A DNA stretch of 64,000 bases from Eutreptiella sp. 'Long Island Sound 2002' (lineage: Eukaryota; Protista; Euglenida), in the NCBI GenBank assembly GCA_964036045.1, contig OZ038379.1, positions 20,832,001 to 20,896,000 on the forward strand, given 5' to 3'. Positions 36,421-48,030 of this stretch are shown piece after piece (the stretch's first letter is position 1; each line of letters opens with the position of its first letter). A program made the position numbers and the translations under genes. The notes beneath the pieces are model-generated. The model searched no databases. It was not told the DNA's origin and was given only the letters and a program-made list of their open reading frames with translations.

Positions 36421-37720
36421 AGGGTGTGAGTCCATTTGGCATCCCCTGACACTGTGCAATGGATGGACTGACAGGCGGAACATCGGCTCAATGTACATCA
36501 CCTCAGGAGGTCAGCAGCCCGAAGGTGTGAGCACCGTGACAGTGCCCGACACACCGCTCCCGCCTCCAGAAGGAGGGAGAACGAGGGCGCCCATGGGCCG
36601 GCCCAAACCGAGACCTGCCAATAAATGCCCCAAAATTTCTGGCCTCCTGATTTGGTTGTTGTCAGTGACTTGTGGATCCTCTGTTGACTGCTTGTCAGTG
36701 TTCCGATCTTCACGTCGGACTGAACGTGCACAATTCCTAGTACAACCGCAATTGTAACAGCGGCTACACCTGCAACTACCGCAACTGCAGCTGCGACTGC
36801 AGCTTCAGCTGCTATTGCAACTGCAACGGCACCTACAAATTCCAACTACAACGGTAGTTGTCACGGCAACTGCAATGCACGTGCCAGTGCAACTGAAACC
36901 ACGTAAACCCCGGGAGCTACCCCTCGGGACCCCCCGGATCCCCTGTGTCCCGAAAACATTCGCGACTGGGGACACGCGGCTTAGGGGGGCGAAGACCATA
37001 AGACCGGCTTCCCGTGTCGCACTGTCCACTGTCTAGAGAGATTGCTGTACTGAGGAGAACCCTATCACAGCGATGAAGAGGCAGACATATTTGGCTCTGA
37101 TAACAGTGACCTCCGCATGGGTGTGATCTCCCCTTATGCGGAGTCAGAACCTCAGGCTGGAGGTCAAAACAATCATCTCTGTCAAAGCTCTGCTGTGCCC
37201 CCGGCTAAAACGGGGGCAGATGCTGCCATCAACTCGTCCTCCTCATCGCACATCTCCACATGATACAGGTGCCCCCAGAGAGGGAGAGGCTGTTGTACCT
37301 GGTCTCCATCGCTTAGGCGCTGGTGGCGCGGAGGGTATGTGGGGGGACCGAAATGGACCCGGTTGCATGTGCGGACGCTCTGGTAGTGTGTGCTGTCTCT
37401 TGCATCCCCTTGCCCCTGCGGGAGGGGGGCGGCGCCTGATGCTGGCCTGCTTGGGGGGCTAGATCCGATGGTGGCCTGTGGTACAGAAGTGGCTGATCCC
37501 CTTGCGCGCGACTGTGTGCTGGGAGGGAGGATGGGGTGTGTTTGCCATAAAATTTCGGTTCCTGCGTGGCTGAAACACATGCTGCACGGTGTGCTGTTGT
37601 GCAGCGGACGTCTGAATCCCTCTTCAGGCCTTTGCAACTGAGCAGGCTTCTGTTGCGCGTGTGCTGCATTCTGTCTGTGGCACTGCAGGCGCTGGGGAGC
37701 TGTGCCCGCTGCGCTGTACG

Positions 37721-37721
<1 letters not shown>

Positions 37722-37775
<54 letters not shown>

Positions 37776-37912
37776 CGTGTGCGTGTGTGATGCAGGTCTT
37801 CACATCAGTGCGTGTGTGAGAGTGTGTGTGAGTGGGTGGGGGGGGGGGGAGTGGGTGTGGGGGGGGGGGGGTGGATGTGTGTGTGCGTGTGTGTGCGCGC
37901 GCACTGTGTGTG
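37722..37912. repeat. (GT)n microsatellite with G-runs
   Basis: Direct inspection. Confidence 0.95.
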
Positions 37913-38049
37913 GAGTGGGCGTTGTGCAAAGTGCACGGTTTCGCAAGCAAACCACAACGACCAGATACAATCACCGATAAAACAACACGACACACAACCT
38001 GTGCCGAATGCAGCCGGATTGCCCCCGTCCCCAGTGGTGGATGGTCCCT

Positions 38050-39300
38050 GATATCTCATCGACTTGTGGCCGGAGGCCAACGGCAAAATTGCAGGAAAGA
38101 GCCGGTTAGCGTGGGGCATCATGAAAACAACCAAAACCCCTGTCCACCAACAAACGTTCCGGGCTGACGTCATCCGTCCCAAGCTGTAGAAACTGCGCTG
38201 CACTACCGATGCAACGTCAAAGGAAAGGCCGTAGAGCAAGGCAGTGCGACCGGAAGAGTTGTTCAGTGCCCAATGCCCATGCTGTGCATCGTCCTTGGTC
38301 CGCGTATGACACATCAGACGCCTGGGGCGCGTGGCTTGGAATAGATGTAACAGAAGGCAGACCGGCTGTCCACAGGGGCAAGCAGGTCCCACTGTGTCCG
38401 TTCACTTCACCTCCAGCTGTCGAGTGTAAGGTGGAACGGCACGCCCCCTTCTTTCCCCTTTCGCTGCGGTGGTCCGCCTCTTCCTGAACCTTTGCCTTGT
38501 GGAGGTGGCGGGCCCTTAGGTTTACTACCCTTGCCATAACTTGGCGGCCATCCGGCATCTTGAGGATCGTCCGGTTCGCCGTCCCAGTGGCCCTTCTTCG
38601 GTCTGTTGTCCGGTGGAGGCTTCCTTCTGTAAAAGAGGCAATTGTGAGACATGACACACGACGGTCGTACAGCGATGGTGCCGCTCCGCAATGTGCACAA
38701 GAAGCACGCACCGCACCAACCTGTCGAGCAACTTAGGACTGCCAGGCTCAGTGGGCTGCCAGGGGCCGCAACGCTTTATTGCCTGGCCAAAGTTGTGCAC
38801 CCCCGGACCTTTTTTGTGCATACAGCACCCGAAACCCTGATGCAACCCTTTTACATGACCTCCCAGTGGGTACACCACTTCCACTGTCAACGGCTGAGCC
38901 CCACAGTGCTGTGTGCATGCAAGTGCCCTGGGTCATTGCGCGCCACCACACAATCAGACTGCAGGCAATGAGGCACAAATGCAGCAAACCTGTTGAGGGG
39001 CTCCTTGCCACCAGACACATCTCCTTTTGCGGACCATTTGCTGGGCGGCTCGTTGCGTGGACCTGCATAGGCAAAGGGCGCATCGGATCTCATGTAGAGC
39101 CACGTAGCCAGAGATGCAGCCAATATTTGGTTTGGGGCTGACTTTGGTCAAAACTGCGCAGGCTCTGGGCCTTTTACGGGTCATTGCACCGGTATGTCAC
39201 GGATTTGGAAGGTGAGACATTCTCACAGACACGGCGCTGAGGGTGCAGCAGACTGGTGCTGTCTGCCGCAGGGGTGTGTTCCCGGTTGGGGGGTGACCTT
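38050..39300 (-). mobile_element. Possible decayed gag C-terminus and aspartic protease of an LTR-type retroelement
   Basis: Cys-rich CGACFLC...HNC, a Gly/Pro/Lys-rich tail (38407-38700), then LAPVDSRSAFCYI (DSG-like). It lies directly downstream of the 511-aa ORF. No RT or LTR found. Confidence 0.25.
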
Positions 39301-39312
39301 TCAGTAATCAAA

Positions 39313-40848
39313 TTAAATGCAGCGGAACGGACCTGCCTGCTGATACGATGATGCTTGCGGGCCATCCTCGTAGCCATTCCGTGGTCTTCTTGGAAGCGGA
39401 GGAGGTGGTGGAGCCCGAGTCTCCACCTGTTCCTCCAAATCAGCGTACATTGGGCGCGACAAATATTTGTTCAGAGGAGGTGGAGGGGGAAGAGGAGGAG
39501 GAGGAGGAGGTGCCTCGTCACGATATCTGCCATGAGCCGGCCGTCTCCCGCCCTCGAGCTGTCTCTGCCTGCCATATTCCGGCCTCCACTGACTGGAATC
39601 GTCACCGTCATATTCGTCATACATATCCGGCTCTCGGCCTTTGTTCCAATCCCTCTCCCGATCCCTGTTCCGATCCCTCTCCCAGTCAGCTCTGGCCTGA
39701 TCCCTCGTCCTGTCCCTCTCCCTGTACCTGGGACCACCCCCCTCCCAGTCCTTGTACCCCACGTCCTGATCCCAGTGTTCGTAGGCGTCCCGATCAGACC
39801 TCTGCCGGTACTCGTACCTCTGGCGCTGATCCATCTCCTCCAGGTCCGCCCGCATACCGCCGTACTGGCGACCGTACTGGCCTCCCTTGTACATGCCCTT
39901 TCCCTCTTCATGCAGCCTGACCGGTGCCTCGTACCCCAGTCCCTCGGTGTGCCGTCTAGTGTCCCGCACAGGGGCCTCGCCATTCATTGGCGGGTAGTGC
40001 TGCTCTGCTTGGAAATGACGCTTGTATGGGTCATGGCGGTCGTAGGGGTCCGCCTCCTGCGGAGCCCCCGGCAGCACCATGTCCCGCTCAGCAGCCGCGT
40101 GCTGCGGCTCGCCACTGCACCAGTGGTGACCCTCGGGATCCCAGGTGCATGTTGTGCATTCCGCTTCCCCCTCAAGTCCGGTGCTCCCCTCGCTCAATGC
40201 CTCTGCGTCTCCTGGCTCCTCGTAATGAGGGACGGTCTGCACTTCCATGTGATACTCGTCCATTGCCGTCCTCTTGCCCCAACAGGCCTCCCCACGCCCT
40301 CGGGGCCCCCCTCCACCCCCCACCCCCTGAGGCTTCGGAGCTTCCTCCCAACGGCCCTCCCCACGCCCCCCTCCTCCTGCCACAGCCTGAGGCCCTGAAT
40401 CTTCATCCACAGCGACCTCACCACGATCATGAGTTTCCCTTCCTCCTGCCACCCCCTGAGACTCAGGGGCTTGATCATCACCAGCTCCCTCATCGACCAC
40501 GATGGGAAGACGCGGAGAGCCGGCGTCGGGGTCTGCGGACCCCTCAGGGCTCAGAGGTACACTTCCTACGGCTTCCTCTGGGACATCTTTGTCGGATTCA
40601 GCAGTGCACTGTCCACCTTCAGAAACTGGTGCCTCTTCTGGCTCTGGCGCCGCACAATCATTGCTGACCACATTCACAGCGTGAGATTGATCTGAAGCAG
40701 CAGACGAGGACTGGCGCAGGGTTCCACTGCCTGCAGTGTTGCAGTGCAAGCCAAAGGGTCGCCCGTCACACATGAAAAGAAACATCCGTGGGACAAGGCC
40801 GAGATCACCGTGCAGAATGAATGTGGTCCTCCAAAAAAAACGATCCAT
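39313..40848 (-). CDS. 511-aa low-complexity ORF (acidic, RD/RE-rich, poly-Pro), possibly retroelement ORF1/gag-like
   Basis: Long uninterrupted frame with GC3 bias; the ATG is directly preceded by tttag. No catalytic domain recognised. Confidence 0.5.
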   Translation of the reverse strand: MDRFFWRTTFILHGDLGLVPRMFLFMCDGRPFGLHCNTAGSGTLRQSSSAASDQSHAVNVVSNDCAAPEPEEAPVSEGGQCTAESDKDVPEEAVGSVPLSPEGSADPDAGSPRLPIVVDEGAGDDQAPESQGVAGGRETHDRGEVAVDEDSGPQAVAGGGGRGEGRWEEAPKPQGVGGGGGPRGRGEACWGKRTAMDEYHMEVQTVPHYEEPGDAEALSEGSTGLEGEAECTTCTWDPEGHHWCSGEPQHAAAERDMVLPGAPQEADPYDRHDPYKRHFQAEQHYPPMNGEAPVRDTRRHTEGLGYEAPVRLHEEGKGMYKGGQYGRQYGGMRADLEEMDQRQRYEYRQRSDRDAYEHWDQDVGYKDWEGGGPRYRERDRTRDQARADWERDRNRDRERDWNKGREPDMYDEYDGDDSSQWRPEYGRQRQLEGGRRPAHGRYRDEAPPPPPPLPPPPPLNKYLSRPMYADLEEQVETRAPPPPPLPRRPRNGYEDGPQASSYQQAGPFRCI

Positions 40849-41039
40849 CTAAACATGTGCTCCAGGTGGCCTTCAGAGAGCAAAAAGGGGTCGCTTTGGC
40901 AGCCTAGCAACACCGACCCTTGGAGCGCAGCGAAAAAACAGGAACAAAAGATTAAGGGTAGTAGGGGCACGGGCAGGAGGGGGAGGCAGAGTTCCTTTTA
41001 GAGGGGGGGGGGTCGAGGGGGGAGGTCTGCCCCACCCCC

Positions 41040-41190
41040 TTGGGTATTTGGTAAAACTTAGTACCAGACAAGGTAAAACTTAGTGAAATTCGGTAAAACT
41101 TAGTAGAAACGGGGTAAAACTTGGTAAAATTTTTTTTAAAACAAATTTAAATTTTTTTGTTTACTAAGTTTTACCTCGTTTCTACTAAGC
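41040..41190. repeat. Small foldback/MITE-like element with ggtaaaacttagta repeats (related sequence at 46240-46460)
   Basis: Four direct copies followed by inverted tactaagttttacc copies. Confidence 0.7.
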
Positions 41191-41299
41191 CCCCCCCCCA
41201 CCGGCTGTTTTCACCCAGGTAGTCAACACTTCGATGGTAGGTGGTACTTTTGTTTCAGGGCACAACGCCTCCGGCCACTTGTGTGAGTGGCGCCCCACC

Positions 41300-42400
41300 C
41301 AAGCCAAACCATGATGCACACCAATTAGTTGTCACTCGCCCAACATAACAAAATATACTTGGGATCGGGCTCAAGAAAAGAGGCCCGACAGGGCCATGGC
41401 CAACATCTATCCCAACTACTTACAAGTAGTTACAAAAGACACGCTTGAAAGTCGGCCTTGGTATCTGTGTGCCTTGGTTTGCCTCCCTCTGTGGGATTAT
41501 TGGTGCACATCCCAAACAGAGCCTTTTTCAATTCCCCTTGCAGCATGGTGCAAGATTCTTGGTCATTTCTCAATTGACCATCAGCATTTTGGGGGTATTG
41601 AGGAGGCAGCGCATTTCACTTGTGACACATCCACACACCGGGACAGGTGTTAACAGCAGAAGCAGCAACAACAACAGAAGCAACAGCAAGAGCAGCAAGG
41701 TTGGCCGCCCAAAATTGGCGCAATCCAAGACATATCCAATTGACACAAGATAGACACATGCCAGGTACAATGAAGAAACTTACATTCATGGCAAGCTGTG
41801 TGGGGGTGTGCCATCACAAGAAAATCATGTGTCACCGGGGTCCACGGGTTTGGGTTCGGTGTACATCCGAGCCACCTCCCAATGCACTGCTGGGGTCCTC
41901 GGGGTGAAGGCCGACTTGGAACGACTAAAGTACAGAGTAGCTTTGGCCATTTCACGTAGCAACCACAATCTATCCTGTGGCACTTGCAATATTAACCCTA
42001 ACCCTTGACAACGCGTCGAGACAAGGCACAATGCAACGTCAAGAGACATGCCAGATGGCAACGGACACCATCAATCTGCCGGATGAAGGTGGAATGCAGG
42101 GGTGCAATTGCAAATGCAAGGGCACTGAAAGCATCCAAAATATTTGCCCACTTCTTCCGCTCGCTGCTGTGGTTGAATGCCTTCTCGCTCAGCAATCAAA
42201 TTCACAACAGCCAACTCCTCTTGGTTTGCCCCAACAATGTGTGGCTGGTCACACAGGGGGTCAAACTTAAGGCACAGGTATTCGCGAGTTGGGGCAATCA
42301 ACAACAAGTGGAGCACCCAATGGAAATTGCCCAAATTATACACCTATGCCACAATCAGGGGTGGTGCGAAACACATATCAATGGACGACGCTTCCAAAGT
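41300..42400 (+). mobile_element. Second decayed PLE-like relic (RT C-terminal part and possible GIY-YIG)
   Basis: HNKIY...AMANIYPNYLQ (AN.yM-like) and ILGHFSIDHQHFGGIEEAAHF; downstream LLVCPNNVWLVTQGVKLKAQ (C..YVGQT..L..R-like). Heavily degenerate. Confidence 0.25.
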
Positions 42401-42925
42401 GCGCCCATGATACAACCAACTACTTTCAGCGTTGTGGACTAGCACATGAGGCATTCCACAGTGAGTCCCATACAACCCACGCCACACCCATTTTGTCCCA
42501 ATCCGCACTAAGAGCGATTTGGGCAGCCCACCGGTAATCCACCACAATCTGAGCACAATCTGTGACATAGCTCTCGGCCGTGAGGTCTCTAAAATGGCGC
42601 CCCTCAAACCCAAATCGTTGCTGCGACAAACTGTGACATATAGTGGCTGCCCCCAATCGTTGCCAAGCAGTGCCTCTACCTCTGACAAGGATGGGCGAAA
42701 CGAGCCTTGGCTATCACTAAGTGCTTTGCACACATAAGCCAGGATTTCTTCTGCACTAGGGCACCCAGTGAGATGTTGGGTGATCACTAGATGATGTAGC
42801 GACAACAATTCCGGACGGAATGGAATTGGGTGAGACGGGGTCTAGTGGGGTACTCGATGCCTCAGCTATGGAGGCGATGCTTCCATCCACATTCCTAGTC
42901 CCATTGCACCCATTTTACCTCATCC

Positions 42926-43200
42926 CTATCCTTGAACTGTCCGGCTAGCAGCCAAGGAGTGAATGCACCCATCGTAGTAGATACACCACAAATATACAGC
43001 CCTATTGCATTGACCGCACGTCAAAAGTGGACGGTACAAGCGCATTGAATGCCAAGACACATTCCCGCGAGCCAACTCACACGTCACCTCTTCGGCTAGA
43101 GAAAGAGGCTCCCCATCACAACTACCACCACTAGAGGAGTCATCCTCAACAACCCTTTTGGCCTTTTTTTTGCCACTTTTTTTGGAGAGGTTTGCTTGCG
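42926..43200 (-). pseudogene. Cys-rich PHD-like fragment behind a basic/acidic linker
   Basis: LTCGQCNRAVYLWCI resembles the C-x2-C-x4-H-x2-C half of a PHD finger, with the His absent. Confidence 0.2.
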
Positions 43201-44467
43201 ACTTGAACTCATGCACATGCGGCGGCTCAACCCGGGAGACGATTGTCCACCTCACATGGCCATGCCTGAAGGGTCGGACACCAACGTACTTCCATGAGTA
43301 CCGCAAAGGCACGGTAAAACCGGGCTCCTTAACAAGGAGCCATAGCAGAATGCCGTCACAAATTCCAAGGGTGGAGTACGTGGCACATGTGCAAAACTCC
43401 GCCGTGAACGGTGAATGCAGAGGAAGGATAAGAAATGCATCCACACGGCACCCTTGACACGGCACCCTTCATTGATGGCGGACAGTGGCCTTGCAATGCT
43501 TTGTGTCTAGATGTGCTCCTTGTTGCTTACGGAAAGCACTAATCTTGTGACGCCCGACATGAGGCACCTCATTGCGGACACATTCAACAATGATTTTCAC
43601 CAAACAAGATGGGTGTCATGTGGTGTGAACTCCAGGTGGGTGGCAACCCACTTTGCAAGTGTAAGTGGTGCTGAATTTTGGGACATATAGTGAGACGTGA
43701 TGGTATGCCAAATAGCCCACTGGACAATTTGAGAGTTGAAAAAAGATACGCTTATGGGACACCCACAAGCTCTATTGGGTTTTGCACCTGTCACATGCAA
43801 AAGGGCCCTGGTGTACATATAGACCTTTTGAATGGTATTTTACTTGGCCCACTTTACAAGGGGGTTGGGCATCACGACTCCACACTGATGAGGAGCCCCA
43901 TGCGTCCTAGACATTATAGTGGCCGCCCCCCGTGTCATACCCCCAAGTTATTTTGGGGGTGGGGGGGTATGGGTGGCAATGTTTCCAACGACACAAATTT
44001 TGGGTTTGAATGTGAGGCTGCACCACCCGCCACCTGGTAACACAACAGAACACTTGTGTTGGCTGAGCTGTGGCTATTGTGTCTCCATTGCAAGGCAACA
44101 ATGCCAGTTCGGAGGTTAAGCTTGTGGGTCGCTAGTTAAGCTTGTGTTTTGTATGTGTGGTGTAAGCGGGGAGAGGTGCTTGTAGCTTGGTGCTGTGTGG
44201 TCCAAGACCACCACCTCAACTTGCTGTGGCCATACCTAAGCATTTGCCTCCGCCCCCAACCGGTAATTGTGTCCGCAACTTCAATATTCCAGCCGCAGAG
44301 AGGGGAAAAAGAAAAGATTAGAGAGCCAAATGTGTTCAAAGATGGCATCCCAACCCTATCTAACATCTTGCACAATTCAAAACGAAGACGATCACACTTT
44401 TTTTTTTGCATCAAATGAAGTGCCACGGCATTCGACCACCCGAATGTTCCATCGCGGCTGATAATCC

Positions 44468-45290
44468 CTACACCTGGTACACCTGCTCGAAATGCGCCGT
44501 AACCCGCCCCATAAGGTCACCCTTTGCCCCTCTCACGCTCAAAACACGCTTCTTGCAAATAGCGCGGTACTCAACGTTGGTCCACTCATGCAACCTACCC
44601 CTCTCCATGGCCCTCAACACCGCCTCATCCACATCATACTTGAAAACCAACTGTGCGGAAGGGTTAGCAGAGGGAGCAGAGGTAGAGGACAGGGCTGGCC
44701 GGTTAGGAAGGTCAGAAGAAGAGCCACTAGCAACTTCATCCGCCCTACCCAAATCCTCCTCGTCAGTGACCTCGTCCTCATCCTCCAAGGCAACACCTTA
44801 CACATCCCCGATGTCAGCGTCAACGGTTGCCCTCTTGGGGACAACCCACAAATCTGAAATCTCTAGAAGAACTTCTGCCTCTGCACCTTCTTCCTCTGAA
44901 ACTTGCGAATCTTTGAAAGCTGCAAATCCAAGCAAAGTACCGTCCTCCACCTCGGCGACATGCCTTTCCTTCCGCTTTCGTGGACGAAAAGGGGTCTTGC
45001 GGAGCTCATCGAACACCTCAAAAGGCCCCCAGTCCTCCGGAGCTTCCCCATTACACCTCACCCACAGTATCTCACACATGTGCTCCATGCTTTGCCCAAA
45101 GTCAGTGGCAATCTAAACACTCTCTCACACAAGAACATGAGCTTGCCTCCACCCAACTCTCCAGTGCAACACCACCACCCCACTCAAATTCATTAAAGCG
45201 TTTTTGCACATCTTCAATCAGAGTGCGAAGAAAATTGATCCGGCTACCCTGGATGTGGTTGTTCCCTACCTCAACACCGTCACCCTTGCA
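44468..45290 (-). pseudogene. hAT transposase C-terminal relic with acidic linker and terminal SAP-like motif
   Basis: FLRTLIEDVQKRF, SSCSCVREC (S..cER-like), IATDFGQS...LWVRCNGEAPEDW (hAT dimerisation-domain pattern); TAA at ~44791; then WTNVEYRAICKKRVLSVRGAKGDLMGRV (SAP-like). Confidence 0.5.
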
Positions 45291-45294
45291 TTCT

Positions 45295-45680
45295 CGAGGG
45301 TCGAGGGTCTCCAACAAAGGGGAACAAAATCAGAAGTAGCTACCTCAGCCCTACCTTCTCGGGGGCCCAAAAGAGGGCGGAAATGCTGCATCAACCCTGC
45401 ATTCTCGGGGGTCCCCAACAAAGGGGAACAAAACTAGAAGTGGCTACCTCACCCCTGCCTTCTGGGGCGCCCAAAAGAGGGCGGAAATGCTGCATCACCC
45501 CTGCATTCTCGGGGATCCCCAACAAAGGGGAACAAAATCAGAAGTGGCTGCCTCACCCCTACCTTCTCAGGGGCCCAAAAGAGGGCGGAAATGCTGCATC
45601 ACCCTTGCATTCTCGGGGGTCCCCAACATAGGGGAACAAAATCACAAGTGGCTACCTCACCCCTGCCTTCTTGGGGCTTA
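45295..45680. repeat. Tandem array with 104-bp period (two alternating subunits), ~3.7 copies
   Basis: caaaggggaacaaaa or its variant at 45315, 45419, 45523 and 45627. Confidence 0.9.
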
Positions 45681-45872
45681 TTTTTTACTAACTCAATTAC
45701 CATGGGGGGGACGTCTCCTCGCTTTTGTACGCGACTCCCCCCATCCAGTAGAGTGGGCTAAAAGGGGGGGTCTTGGGGGGGGGGTAGCCGCCGAGGAGGG
45801 CTTCTGTGGGGGACTGGCTAGTCGCAGGGGGGGGGGGGGTGAGTGGGTTAACAGAGGTCTAGTCCAGTTTGG

Positions 45873-46095
45873 CATCCACACTACAGCGCATGGGCAGGGA
45901 GGGGTGCCATGTGGGCAAGGGGGGGTGCCTCCCATCCACGCTCCAGCGCGTGGGCAAGGAGGGGTGCCACGCAGGCAAGGGGGGGTGCCTCCCATCCACG
46001 CTGCAGCGCATGGGCAGGGAGGGGTGCCACGTGGGCAAGGGGGGGTGCCTCCCATCCACGCCGCAGCGCCTAGGCAGGGAGGGGTGCCACGTGGG
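45873..46095. repeat. 60-bp tandem repeat, ~3.7 copies
   Basis: catccac at 45873, 45933, 45993 and 46053. Confidence 0.9.
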
Positions 46096-47099
46096 ACAAG
46101 GGGAATGAAAACAAAAAATTTGGGCGTCTTCGGTGCCACCATATGTATGGCCGGTAGCTATTGATAAGTGGGCCCGGAGGGGAGGGAGGGCAGGGGGGGG
46201 AGTCGCGTACCAGAACTCAGGAGACGTCCACCCCGTGTAATTACTTAGTAGAAAAAAAAAATTCTACTGGGCAGAAAAAAAATTTACTGATTAATTTACT
46301 TAGCCAAAAAAAGATTTCACTGAGCAAAATACTTCATCAAAAACCCACCCGCAGACGAAAAACTGAGTAAATAAACAATTTTTTACTAAGTGAAACTTGG
46401 TAAAAAATGTTGAGACTAAAATTTGAAAATTAGTTAAAAAAATTTTACTAAGTTTTACCACGGACCCACCCCCCTTGGGGTGCCGAGTTTTTGAGGTGCC
46501 AAACAAATTTTTGGTGAAATCATGGCAGCCAACATGAAAAAAAAAATTCACCGGCAAACAACGATTGCCATACTGAAATCTGGGGGTTCCAAGCCTTTTT
46601 CAAAATCTGTAAAAGCAAAAAAGCCGCAGCTTTAGCCAAGGCATACAAAAATTGCAGGGAACGCGCCGAAGCAAAAATTTGGCCCAATCTTTTTGAGGGG
46701 GGGGGGGGGGGGCTTGGGGTGCTGAGTGAGGAAAAAGAACTCTGGGGGGGGGGGGGGGCTGGGGGCGAGGGCAAAAGAGCAATGAGACTGAGACGAGCCA
46801 AGGAGAGGCGGGGTACTCGATGGCACAGTGGTAGAGGCGGCGACATAAGGTGTGCGTGCCATAAAGGCTGAGTGAGTATTCGGGGTGCCTGCTGGTGCTT
46901 CCGGGTGTACGTAATTATTCGCCTTTTGAGGGTGAAGGGGGCGGGTTCAAACATTCTGAGAGGTGCAACAAGAGGGGAGGGGGGGTGCCATAAAGGCTGA
47001 GTGAGCATGCCGGTGGGTACTTCCTTCCCGGTGGATGGGGGGGGGGGGGCTGAATCCTGACGAGGGGGGGGGCACGGCAGGTTCCGGATGCAAGAGATA

Positions 47100-48030
47100 C
47101 GAAGGGGCCTAAAATGGTGGAACGTTTGCTGGGAATCGCGTCAACCAGCTCGCGCACCTGCTCGGGACTGAAACAACGAGAACGTGCCGCATAGCACATG
47201 CACATGCACGTGCTGCACAGCATCATACGGGGGCTATCGCTGGGCACGGATTCAGAAACGGCCGACGGATCATGATCAGTCGGCTGGCCGTCGTCATCCT
47301 TACAATCATCACTGAACTTCCGATTGGCACTTCCTCTCCAATCGCAGTCATCTTTCCACTTGCTTTTTGGATCTGGTTTTGGCTCTGGCGGAGGTGATGG
47401 CGCCTTCTCAACTGCGAACAGCACGACAAGCGGAATGCCACTAGCGATGCACTTGGCCCCAGTTAAATGTGCACGGGCTTTGCCTGCGAGGGATTTACGC
47501 ATCGGCATGACAGGCACAAATGGCATGTCCAGCTGCATCCTGGGCTGGCCCCGCGAGCAGACAAGCAGCGCGCAGTACTCGCACGATACCATCGCCCAGC
47601 AGTCGTCGCTCCACACACCTCCGTGTTTCCTGCAGAGAAATGGAACAGATTGAGCGATCGGGTACTCTGGCTGCTCGTCATGTCAAGCACGTAGACCACA
47701 TTCACCCGCGACGTCACAACATGCTGGGCTGCAACAGGAGGACGCCCTCCTCTCCAAGAGACGGCCTCTGACATCTGCACCTGACTCTCCATGCGGGTAC
47801 ACATTCTTTGCACGTTCTTCCCTCCCACGCGCATGATGGTGAATTCAACAGCACAACACGCATTCCGCCATCGTGGCAATATCAACGACACCATGGTGAT
47901 GGCAGATACACGCAAACATACTCGCGAACTGCTTGCTTGGCAGCGTTTTCTTCATCAATTTTTCTGAGCGACGAGTGCTGGAACCGCTTCAGCAAGAGTT
48001 TGGCTCCACCCGCAAGCTTCGGGGCTGATC
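47100..48030 (-). pseudogene. Possible Ulp1/C48-like peptidase plus PHD-like module of a DNA transposon (decayed)
   Basis: AKLLLKRFQH, QHVVTSRVNVVYVLDM (H...v.vlDS-like), SDDCWAMV...GQP...MRKSL (DCG...G..P...mR..L-like), then MMLCSTCMCMCY; spread over three frames. Confidence 0.3.

Noticed and set aside
39348-40667. Plus-strand ORFs of 190-347 aa
   Set aside because: Antisense shadows of the 511-aa minus-strand ORF.
43866-43900. Hammerhead ribozyme core (ctgatga gga...tcc tagac)
   Set aside because: The required GAAA is absent and no stems I or III were found; similar partial cores at ~2515 and ~27690 also fail.
45295-46095. CRISPR-like arrays (also considered for the 160-bp and ggggataaaacc arrays)
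   Set aside because: The repeats are contiguous, lack unique spacers, have no cas genes nearby and sit in a eukaryotic context.
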